A DNA stretch of 64,000 nucleotides from Dehalococcoidia bacterium (GTDB lineage Bacteria; Chloroflexota; Dehalococcoidia; Lucifugimonadales; JAGWBF01), in NCBI GenBank assembly GCA_034421095.1, contig DAOUKR010000009.1, positions 12,694 to 76,693 of the forward strand, written 5' to 3'. Under the pieces are notes generated by a model, which saw only the letters and a list, made by a program, of their open reading frames with translations, had not been told where the DNA came from and did no database searches. Both the position numbers and the translations under genes were made by a program. Below, piece by piece: positions 36,907 through 44,784 of the stretch; positions within the stretch are counted from its first letter, which is position 1, and each line of letters opens with the position of its first letter.

Positions 36907-38025
36907 GTGAGCCTGCGCCCCCCTTCCCGTAGACTCTTGGCATTAGGTCTATCGGTGGCCGTCATCCTGATACTGATGGCCTGTACGCCTTCGCACAACC
37001 AGTCCACCTTCGACCCTCTTGGCCCTGTTGCGGAGAAGCAGCTAACCCTGTTCAATATAATCTTCTGGGCAGCCGTGTTTGTTTTCATCGTCGTTGGGGG
37101 TGCGCTGATTTACACGGTCATTCGCTTTCGCAGAAGGGCGGGGCAAACTGAGATACCAGCCCAGACCCACGGCAATACGCCCCTGGAAATCGGGTGGACC
37201 ATTGCCCCCGCCATTGTGCTCCTCGTCGTTGCCGTGCCCACCGTAATCTACATATTCGATATCGCTGGCGAACCCCCGCCCGATGCCCTGGAAGTGAACG
37301 TCATCGGGCATCAGTGGTGGTGGGAATTCGAATATCCCGAACAGAACGTGGTCACCGCCAATGAACTGCACATACCCGTTGACGTGCCGGTAAAGCTCAA
37401 TCTGACCTCCGATGACGTCATTCACAGCTTCTGGGTTCCAAAGCTGGCCGGCAAGCAGGACGTAATACCCACGAACCTAAACACAATGCAGTTTACCGCT
37501 AGCGGGTCCGATATTGATACCTTGCCGGCCATTCTTTACGGGCAATGCGCAGAGTTCTGCGGGGTGGCCCACGCTCACATGAGGTTCCGGGTGGTTGTCC
37601 AATCACAGGAGGACTTCGATGGATGGGTGGCAAACTACCACGAGATTGCCTCTCGCCCCCCCCCAACCGGCGATACGGAGGAGGCGAAAGGTTTCACCGC
37701 CTTCGCCAGCCGTGGCTGTCTCCTGTGCCACAAGACCGATGGCCCGGCCTCGGTCGAAATACGCCAGTCCCTCAAGGATGCCTTCGAGAGGGGCGAGTTG
37801 CGCTTTCCCGCCCCGAATCTCACCAATTTCGGGGGCCGCACAACCATGGCCTCGGGGATGATCGACCTCAATCGGGAGAATCTCATAGAGTGGCTACGCG
37901 ACCCCGATGGCGTCAAGGAGGGCAACCGCATGGCCGAACTGGCGAACGTTTACATAGACCCGGATGCCGAACTGACTGATGAGGAGATTTCGGCACTGGC
38001 TGCCTATCTGTTGAGCTTGAAGTGA
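36907..38025 (+). CDS. ctaC: Cytochrome c oxidase subunit II with fused C-terminal cytochrome c (caa3 type)
   Basis: GTG start with a lipoprotein-like signal (LILMAC). The CuA site is HSFWVP...CAEFCGVAHAHM. The C-terminal heme c motif is CLLCH. Confidence 0.85.
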   Translation: MSLRPPSRRLLALGLSVAVILILMACTPSHNQSTFDPLGPVAEKQLTLFNIIFWAAVFVFIVVGGALIYTVIRFRRRAGQTEIPAQTHGNTPLEIGWTIAPAIVLLVVAVPTVIYIFDIAGEPPPDALEVNVIGHQWWWEFEYPEQNVVTANELHIPVDVPVKLNLTSDDVIHSFWVPKLAGKQDVIPTNLNTMQFTASGSDIDTLPAILYGQCAEFCGVAHAHMRFRVVVQSQEDFDGWVANYHEIASRPPPTGDTEEAKGFTAFASRGCLLCHKTDGPASVEIRQSLKDAFERGELRFPAPNLTNFGGRTTMASGMIDLNRENLIEWLRDPDGVKEGNRMAELANVYIDPDAELTDEEISALAAYLLSLK

Positions 38026-38093
38026 GCCAAGGGGACACGGAACACGTTATAATCAAAAGGTATACCATTCAACGGTAAGGTCGGGGGTAGGCA

Positions 38094-40049
38094 ATGGTAA
38101 CCATAAGCGGGACGATAACCGGCGCACTGAGACGCCCCACCAGCTACGAAGGGTGGTGGAGTTGGGTCACTACCGTTGACCACAAGCGAATAGGCATACT
38201 ATACGGCGTCACAGCCTTCATATTCTTCCTGCTGGCCGGCGTAGAGGCGCTCATGATGCGGGTGCAGCTTTCGGGGTCGAACCAGGATATTGTAAGTCCC
38301 GAGGTCTTCAGCCAGCTGTTCACCATGCACGCCCTGAGCATGATATTTCTGGCTATAATGCCCCTGAGCGCAGCCTTCTTCAACTTCATGATACCGTTGA
38401 TGATCGGCGCGCGAGACGTGGCCTTCCCGCGCCTTAACGCCCTGAGCTACTGGATATTTCTGACCGGCGGCATCCTGTTGAACAGCAGCTGGTTTCTGGG
38501 CGGGGCTCCCAACTGCGGATGGTTCTGCTACAGCAACCTCTCGGACGGGGTCTTCAATCCCGGGCGGGGCGTGGACTTCTACACTGTGGGCCTTCTGATA
38601 CTGGGGACCGCTACGATGGCGGCTGGGTTCAACTTTATCGTTACCATCATCAACATGCGTGCACCGGGCATGTCCCTCATGCGGATGCCCGTATTCGTCT
38701 GGATGACCCTGGTCACGTCCTTCCTGATTATCCTGGCTTTCCCGGTTATCACCGTGGGCCTCATAGAGCTTCTGTTCGACCGCACCTTTGGCACCAGCTT
38801 CTTCGACCCCTCTGGTGGAGGCGACCCCGTGCTCTGGCAGCACCTATTCTGGGTGTTCGGGCATCCGGAGGTGTACATCCTGATTCTGCCTGCCATGGGT
38901 ATCATCTCGGAAATATTGCCCACTTTCTCCCGCAAGCCTCTGTTCGGCTACCCTGTCATAGTCCTTTCGGGGGTGATCATCGGCTTTATGGGTTGGGGCG
39001 TATGGAGCCATCACATGTTCACAGTGGGGCTGGGACCATACGCCAACGCCGCCTTTGCCGGTAGCACCATGGTGATAGCCATACCAACCGGCGTAAAGAT
39101 TTTCAACTGGATTGCCACCATGTGGGGAGGGTCGGTCAATATAAAAACTGCCCTGCTCTTTGCCGTGGGCTTCGTCTTTCTGTTCATCATAGGCGGGCTG
39201 AGCGGCGTGATGCACGCATCTCCCCCCTCGGATGCCCAACAGCAGGACACCTATTTCATTGTCGCCCACATACATTACGTCCTGTTCGGCGGCAGCATAT
39301 TCGCCATCTTCGCAGGGGCATACTACTGGTGGCCCAAGATGACCGGCCGCATGCTAAGCGAGCCCCTGGGCAAGCTCCACTTCTGGCTGATGTTCATAGG
39401 CATGAATGTCACCTTCTTCCCGATGCACTTCCTGGGGTTGGACGGGATGACGCGCCGCATACATACTTACGACTCAGGCATGGGCTGGGACCTCTGGAAC
39501 GGGGTGGCTACGGCCGGTGCCTTCATCATGGCTGTATCCATGCTCGTCTTCCTGCATAACGCTTTACGCAGCCTGCGAAAGGGAGAGCGGGCCGGAAACG
39601 ACCCCTGGGACGGCAGGACACTGGAGTGGACTACTTCCTCACCGCCACCCGTATACAACTTTGCCACCATACCGACGGCAAACAGCCGAGACTCCTTCTG
39701 GGAAGAGAAGCACGGCAACGGCGGGCACGGCAGCCCCCCCATTCCCGTAGCCGGCGGCGCAGAGCCCGCCGACGCCCATGGGGAGCATACGGCAGCCGGG
39801 AGCGCCCATGCCGCCACGTCCGAGCACGCCGGTGGACACCAGGAGGGCCATCACAGTATTCACATGCCCGGGCAGTCCTATTACCCTGTGATAATAGCCG
39901 TAGGACTGACGGCGGCGGGATACGGTGTGATTTTTCATGAGACATTTACCTGGGCTTTGGCCGCGGTGGGGACCGCCGTAGCGCTGATTGGCACCTATGC
40001 CTGGTCCTTCGAGCCGGCCTCCGAGGAGCCGGAACCGTCGGATGAATGA
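38094..40049 (+). CDS. ctaD: Cytochrome c oxidase subunit I with a C-terminal extension
   Basis: Heme-copper motifs WFFGHPEVY-like (LFWVFGHPEVYILILP) and HHMFTVG. 651 aa, with a His-rich linker and two extra hydrophobic helices at the C-terminus. Confidence 0.9.
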   Translation: MVTISGTITGALRRPTSYEGWWSWVTTVDHKRIGILYGVTAFIFFLLAGVEALMMRVQLSGSNQDIVSPEVFSQLFTMHALSMIFLAIMPLSAAFFNFMIPLMIGARDVAFPRLNALSYWIFLTGGILLNSSWFLGGAPNCGWFCYSNLSDGVFNPGRGVDFYTVGLLILGTATMAAGFNFIVTIINMRAPGMSLMRMPVFVWMTLVTSFLIILAFPVITVGLIELLFDRTFGTSFFDPSGGGDPVLWQHLFWVFGHPEVYILILPAMGIISEILPTFSRKPLFGYPVIVLSGVIIGFMGWGVWSHHMFTVGLGPYANAAFAGSTMVIAIPTGVKIFNWIATMWGGSVNIKTALLFAVGFVFLFIIGGLSGVMHASPPSDAQQQDTYFIVAHIHYVLFGGSIFAIFAGAYYWWPKMTGRMLSEPLGKLHFWLMFIGMNVTFFPMHFLGLDGMTRRIHTYDSGMGWDLWNGVATAGAFIMAVSMLVFLHNALRSLRKGERAGNDPWDGRTLEWTTSSPPPVYNFATIPTANSRDSFWEEKHGNGGHGSPPIPVAGGAEPADAHGEHTAAGSAHAATSEHAGGHQEGHHSIHMPGQSYYPVIIAVGLTAAGYGVIFHETFTWALAAVGTAVALIGTYAWSFEPASEEPEPSDE

Positions 40050-40075
40050 ACCTCAAATAGGGAGGGCCTGATACA

Positions 40076-40786
40076 TTGCACGACCCATCAATAACGGGTC
40101 ACGAGGCTGTAGTAGAGGAAACTACTACAGGATTAAACCATAGAAAAATGCTCATGTGGTTGTTCCTGGGCTCCGACTGCCTTTTTTTCGGTGCCCTGAT
40201 TTCCACCTACCTGATATATCGTGGACAGAGCCTTGTAGGACCCTTCCCCAACGACGTTTTTGACATTCCCACTACCTCTGTAAGCACCTTCGCCCTGCTC
40301 ATGAGCAGCATGGCGATGGTGTTGGCCTACGCGTCCATAAACCGGGGGGACATGAAAGCCTTCAGGGCATGGCTGCTCTGTACGTGCCTTCTGGGCACCA
40401 CCTTCTTGGCATTCCAGACTTTCGAGTTCTACGAGTTCGCCAACCACGAGCGAGTAATCGAGTGTACGCCCGAATCCCTGGTCCAGGAGTGCCTCGACGG
40501 TCATGCAGAGTACGAAGAGGATTACGGCCTGACCCCGCGCACCAACCTGTTCGGCACCACCTTCTTCGTGCTGACAGGCTTCCACGGCGCCCACGTGACC
40601 GTGGGGGTTATCTGGCTCCTCTCCATTGTGGGTTATTCTGTACTGGGCGGGAGAAAAGCGACGAGAGTCCTTTCCGATAGAGAGGCCCTTAGCGTGGACC
40701 TGGCCGCCCTGTACTGGCACTTTGTGGACATCGTCTGGATAGTCATATTCGCGGTGGTTTACCTTATCGGCGTAGGAGTTACGTGA
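40076..40786 (+). CDS. ctaE: Cytochrome c oxidase subunit III
   Basis: TTG start. TGFHGAHVTVGVIWL and LYWHFVDIVWIVIF are typical of subunit III. Confidence 0.85.
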   Translation: MHDPSITGHEAVVEETTTGLNHRKMLMWLFLGSDCLFFGALISTYLIYRGQSLVGPFPNDVFDIPTTSVSTFALLMSSMAMVLAYASINRGDMKAFRAWLLCTCLLGTTFLAFQTFEFYEFANHERVIECTPESLVQECLDGHAEYEEDYGLTPRTNLFGTTFFVLTGFHGAHVTVGVIWLLSIVGYSVLGGRKATRVLSDREALSVDLAALYWHFVDIVWIVIFAVVYLIGVGVT

Positions 40787-40845
40787 AGACGTGGGCGCTA
40801 TCATAGCTACAGTACCAGGTCCATGTGACATGAGAGGAAGCATAT

Positions 40846-41625
40846 ATGGCTGAAACATCACAGCCACGTCAGGGGGCGCATCCAACCCCACAGACCTACC
40901 TGAAAGTGGCCACGCTTCTCGTCATCTTGACGGTCGTAGAAGTGGCGGTATTGTACATAGACCCCCTCAGGCCTGCTTTCTTGCCCCTTTTCCTGGTGCT
41001 TTCCGTGGCCAAGTTCTGCCTCGTCGTGATGTTCTACATGCACCTGAAATTCGATAGCCGTCTGTTCTCCTGGGTCTTTGTTGGAGGGCTGCTCCTGGCC
41101 GTGGCGGTAGCGATAGTGCTGATGTCCCTGTTCCAGGTCATTTCCACAGTGGCGAACCCCCGGGAGGAAGGCGAAGTTGCCCTGGTATCCGAGGTCGAGC
41201 CTGATGTTGAGATTCCTGTGCTCGTTGAGACTCCTGCGGAAGAGGTTCCTGTGTCGCCACCGGAGACCGGACAGGCGGAGACCCCCCCAAACGGCGGCCT
41301 TGTCGCCATGGGCCAGGAGATTTTCATGGTCGCACCGCCTAGTGTGGGGCCGCAAGCCCTTTGGTGCAATACCTGCCATCAGATAGAAGGCTTGGCTGCC
41401 GGACTGATTGGCCCGGACCTCACCCATATAGCCACCGATGCAGGCACCCGGAGACCGGGTATGTCGGCGGAACAGTACATCAGAGAGTCCATCGCGAACC
41501 CCGAAGTGTTCATTCCTGAAGGGATCGAGCGTGCTACAGCGGGCCTGATGACTGATGCCATCACCAGCGGTTTGACTGATGAGCAGGTAGATGCACTGGT
41601 GGCTTTCCTGATGACCCTTGAGTGA
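40846..41625 (+). CDS. Prokaryotic cytochrome oxidase subunit IV fused to a C-terminal mono-heme cytochrome c
   Basis: The N-terminus (YLKVATLLVILTVVEVAV...AKFCLVVMFYMHLKFD) matches small caa3 subunit IV. An acidic/Pro linker follows, then the CNTCH heme c motif. Confidence 0.7.
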   Translation: MAETSQPRQGAHPTPQTYLKVATLLVILTVVEVAVLYIDPLRPAFLPLFLVLSVAKFCLVVMFYMHLKFDSRLFSWVFVGGLLLAVAVAIVLMSLFQVISTVANPREEGEVALVSEVEPDVEIPVLVETPAEEVPVSPPETGQAETPPNGGLVAMGQEIFMVAPPSVGPQALWCNTCHQIEGLAAGLIGPDLTHIATDAGTRRPGMSAEQYIRESIANPEVFIPEGIERATAGLMTDAITSGLTDEQVDALVAFLMTLE

Positions 41626-41663
41626 TTGGCATCCTCTGAGCAACCGTCTCCCAGGAGCTTACC

Positions 41664-42539
41664 TTGCCCGAATCTGCAGTCGAATTTTCCTGGACGGCCT
41701 GGCACGGGCACCCCAGCGTGGTTATTGGGCTTCTAGCTCTCACCGGCGCGTACTTACTGGGTGTTGGGCCATTGCGCCGACGATATGGCTGGGCGGAGCG
41801 GGTCGAGGCAAGCCAGGTGACAATTTTCCTCATTGGCATACTGATTCTCTTCATCGCTCTGCTTTCGCCCATCCACGAATTGGGAGACAATTACCTTTTC
41901 AGCGCCCACATGGTCCAACATCTGCTCCTCATATCGGTGGTGTGCCCACTACTGCTGCTGGGGACACCCGCCTGGTTGCTGCGACCCATGCTGAGGCATC
42001 CGCGAGTCATGGGAGTTGCTCGTACGCTGACTCGCCCCGTAGTGGCTTTCGTTCTATTCAATCTTGTCTTCGCTTTCTGGCACCTGCCGGTGCTTTACGA
42101 CCTGGCACTGCGGGAACAGGGGATTCATATCCTCGAGCATCTCATGTTCCTCGGCGCCGGGTTGATAATGTGGTGGCCAATCTTGAGTCCCATGCCCGAG
42201 CTGCCTCGCTCTCCCTATGTTGTCCAGATGCTGTACCTTTTCCTCCAGCCGACGGTCCCGTCAATACTGGGTGCGATTATCACCTTTTCAGACGGAACTC
42301 TGTACGAGTGGTACGCGGAAGCACCCCGGATATGGGGCATATCGGCTCACGCCGACCAGCAGATTGGCGGCCTCATCATGTGGATTCCCGGCGGCCTGGC
42401 CTTCCTGCTCACCCTGATGGTGATATTCCTCATCTGGGCAAGCAAGGAGGAATCCCGGGCGCAGCACAACAACATGGGGTTGAGACCGGGTGGCAATTTA
42501 AGCTATGCTGATGACGTAACCACAAAGGAGAGAAGCTAA
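41664..42539 (+). CDS. ctaG: Cytochrome c oxidase assembly factor CtaG (caa3_CtaG membrane family)
   Basis: TTG start. It is a polytopic membrane protein with FSAHMVQHLLL and HILEHLMFLGAG motifs, positioned after the cox genes. Confidence 0.7.
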   Translation: MPESAVEFSWTAWHGHPSVVIGLLALTGAYLLGVGPLRRRYGWAERVEASQVTIFLIGILILFIALLSPIHELGDNYLFSAHMVQHLLLISVVCPLLLLGTPAWLLRPMLRHPRVMGVARTLTRPVVAFVLFNLVFAFWHLPVLYDLALREQGIHILEHLMFLGAGLIMWWPILSPMPELPRSPYVVQMLYLFLQPTVPSILGAIITFSDGTLYEWYAEAPRIWGISAHADQQIGGLIMWIPGGLAFLLTLMVIFLIWASKEESRAQHNNMGLRPGGNLSYADDVTTKERS

Positions 42540-42745
42540 TGAATCGTCTACCCCTTCCCTTCATATTGCCTCTGGCAGCTATCATGTTCGTTGTCATTTG
42601 GGGAGGAGGGCTTGGTGCTATCTTCATCATACTGGACAAGAAGACATCGCTGGACCAATGGGGAGCAGTTATCATAGGGCTGGCTCTGGTAGTGATGGTG
42701 CCTCTCATTGCGTCTATTGTAGCTCTACCCAAACGTTCAAATTGA
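42539..42745 (+). CDS. Small two-helix membrane protein (68 aa)
   Basis: The ATG overlaps the ctaG TAA (TAATG). It has two clear hydrophobic helices. Function is unknown. Confidence 0.45.
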   Translation: MNRLPLPFILPLAAIMFVVIWGGGLGAIFIILDKKTSLDQWGAVIIGLALVVMVPLIASIVALPKRSN

Positions 42746-42766
42746 CCCCAGCGTATCTAACAATAC

Positions 42767-43486
42767 ATGAAGCTACAGACCGGCCTTCTCCTGGCTCTCG
42801 TGCTAATCTCAGTCGTATCCTGCTCCGGCCCCGACTCCTTCCAGGGGACCGAGTTGGACTCCCCTGACATCGCTCCTCCCTTCCGGCTCGTTAACCAGTT
42901 CGGTAACTCTGTGGCCCTGTCCGATATGGCAGGGAAGGTTGTGGTGCTGACTTTCCTCTACACCAACTGTCCGGATATATGTCCCCTTACCACAGAGACC
43001 CTTCGGCGCGCCCACGTGATACTGGGCAACGATTCAAACCAGATAGAGATGGTGGCAATCTCGGTAGACCCTCAGCGAGATTCCGTTGAAAGTGCCTACC
43101 GGTATTCCGATGAAAGGGATATGTTGGACCGATGGCACTATCTGGTAGGGAGCGCGGAGCAGCTTGAGCCTGTCTGGAAGTCCTACTGGCTGGACCCGAT
43201 ACAAGAAGATACAAACGGCGCAGGCGACCCACTTGATGTCGAACATGGCAATGGAGAAGTCGCTTCAAGAATCCCCACCTTGAGAGCGAGCCTGGGCTCG
43301 TCGGCTGATGACGGACACGAGTTGGGAGATGTTGCGATGCTCCGCTCGGCGCCTGACAGCTACCTTGTAAACCACACCGCACCGGTTTTCTTGATTGACC
43401 GGAAGGGCTATCGCCGCTCCCTGTTTAGCAGCCTCTCCCTTGACCCCCAACCTCTCGTACATGACATCCGGCTTCTCATAAAGTAA
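42767..43486 (+). CDS. SCO1/SenC copper chaperone (thioredoxin fold), lipoprotein
   Basis: The lipobox is LISVVSCSG. The CPDICP copper-binding motif is present, followed later by a conserved His region (LVNHTAPVFLID). Confidence 0.8.
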   Translation: MKLQTGLLLALVLISVVSCSGPDSFQGTELDSPDIAPPFRLVNQFGNSVALSDMAGKVVVLTFLYTNCPDICPLTTETLRRAHVILGNDSNQIEMVAISVDPQRDSVESAYRYSDERDMLDRWHYLVGSAEQLEPVWKSYWLDPIQEDTNGAGDPLDVEHGNGEVASRIPTLRASLGSSADDGHELGDVAMLRSAPDSYLVNHTAPVFLIDRKGYRRSLFSSLSLDPQPLVHDIRLLIK

Positions 43487-43504
43487 GTTGCCAGACAATG
43501 AAAA

Positions 43505-43533
43505 GAGCGCCTCGTAGCTGACTACGGGCGCTC
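43505..43533. terminator. Hairpin between the convergent SCO1 and rplT genes
   Basis: GAGCGCCTCGTAG-ctga-CTACGGGCGCTC, with one bulged T. It is flanked by AAAA on the left. Confidence 0.5.
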
Positions 43534-43560
43534 AACATTTCACCGGTCTTTCCGTTGGTT

Positions 43561-43920
43561 TTAGTTAGTCTGATGCTCTTTGGCCACTCCCACCAGCTTC
43601 TCAAAGCCCTGGGGATCTTTGACAGCCATTTCTGCCAGCATCTTCCTGTTAATCTCTACGTTGGCATTATGGAGTCCGTGGATAAACTGGCTATAGGTGA
43701 GGCCCATCTGGCGAGCGGCTGCCCCGATGCGCAGTATCCACAGCCTTCGAAAGTCACCCTTTCTTTCCCGCCTGTGGCGATAGGCATGGCTCCACGCGTG
43801 AATGAGGGCCTCTTTGGCCCACTTGTAGTTTCGGTGGGAGGCCCCGTGATACCCTCTAGCCAGGGATAGAATCTTCTTGTGACGGCGGCGCTTGGTGACG
43901 CCACGTTTAACCCTTGTCAA
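43561..43920 (-). CDS. rplT: 50S ribosomal protein L20
   Basis: The sequence MTRVKRGVTKRRRHKKIL...AYRHRRERKGDFRRLWI is canonical L20. Confidence 0.95.
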   Translation of the reverse strand: MTRVKRGVTKRRRHKKILSLARGYHGASHRNYKWAKEALIHAWSHAYRHRRERKGDFRRLWILRIGAAARQMGLTYSQFIHGLHNANVEINRKMLAEMAVKDPQGFEKLVGVAKEHQTN

Positions 43921-43946
43921 GATTGCACTCCGGAGAATTGATTTGC

Positions 43947-44147
43947 TTATACGTCATGGGGAAGAAGGCGCTGAATCCGCTTGAAGTCCTTTTTGTCCAA
44001 CTCGATTTTGCCATCGTATTGGCGTCGTACCTTTTTGGGCTTCTTGCGCCTCAAATGGCTGCTCATCCTCTTGCGACGCAGGACTTTGCCTGTACCGGTA
44101 ACGTAAAAACGGGCCTTAGCCCCCTTGTGTGTCTTCAGTTTGGGCAT
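43947..44147 (-). CDS. rpmI: 50S ribosomal protein L35
   Basis: MPKLKTHKGAKARF...RRKRMSSHLRRKK is canonical L35. Confidence 0.9.
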   Translation of the reverse strand: MPKLKTHKGAKARFYVTGTGKVLRRKRMSSHLRRKKPKKVRRQYDGKIELDKKDFKRIQRLLPHDV

Positions 44148-44688
44148 CCTGTACCTCTGCCGCCTTCTTCTCTGCTTTCCTGGCTCCCGGCACCAACACG
44201 ATGGACATCGCCCTGCCTTCCATGCCGGGTGGCCCTTCCAATCGGGCCTCTTCCTGTACCTCGTCCGCTACTCGCTTGAGGAGAGTGACACCTAGCTCAC
44301 GGTGGGTATGTTCACGGCCCCGGAACATGACGGCGACCTTTACCTTGGAGCCGTCGTCTATAAGCTCTTTGACCTTGCGAATTTTGGATGAGAAATCGTG
44401 AGTGCCTATGTTGGGTCGGAGCCGAACCTCTCGGAGGGCCGTGTTCTTCTGACCCTTCTTGGCTTCTCTCTCCTTTTTGGAGTAGAGATAGCGAAGCTTC
44501 CCGTAGTCCAAGATGCGGCAGACCGGGGGTGCCGCGGTGGGCGCCACTTCCACCAAGTCCAGCCCGCGTTCCCTCGCCATGGTCAACGCCTGGGGTACGC
44601 TCATCGTGCCCAACTGCTCCCCAGAGTCGCCAATCACCAGCACTTCCGGTGCACGAATCCTCTCGTTTACCCTATACTCTCTAGCTAT
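44116..44688 (-). CDS. infC: Translation initiation factor IF-3, probable ATA start
   Basis: (I)AREYRVNERIRAPEVLVIGD is a typical IF-3 N-terminus. GGAGG (44697-44701) lies 8 nt upstream of the ATA at 44686-44688. The track's GTG at 44715 has GGAGT immediately adjacent, which is poor spacing. Confidence 0.8.
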   Translation of the reverse strand: MAREYRVNERIRAPEVLVIGDSGEQLGTMSVPQALTMARERGLDLVEVAPTAAPPVCRILDYGKLRYLYSKKEREAKKGQKNTALREVRLRPNIGTHDFSSKIRKVKELIDDGSKVKVAVMFRGREHTHRELGVTLLKRVADEVQEEARLEGPPGMEGRAMSIVLVPGARKAEKKAAEVQDAQTEDTQGG

Positions 44689-44784
44689 GCTCGAACCCTC
44701 CAGCGTGTTCCCCACACTCCCATCGGAAAAGAGGACATCCAGAATATATCACAGGCAAGAAAACAAGTCAATTCCGTCTCTTGT

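Noticed and set aside
40133-41643. Two long minus-strand ORFs (252 and 261 aa) opposite cox subunits III and IV
   Set aside because: They are antisense to genes with clear oxidase motifs, and their translations are His/Gly/Arg-rich with no domain features.
41618-42511. 297-aa plus-strand ORF overlapping ctaG in another frame
   Set aside because: Its Arg/Pro/Gly/His-rich low-complexity translation is typical of an off-frame read of GC-rich coding DNA. The 41664..42539 frame gives a coherent polytopic CtaG-like protein.
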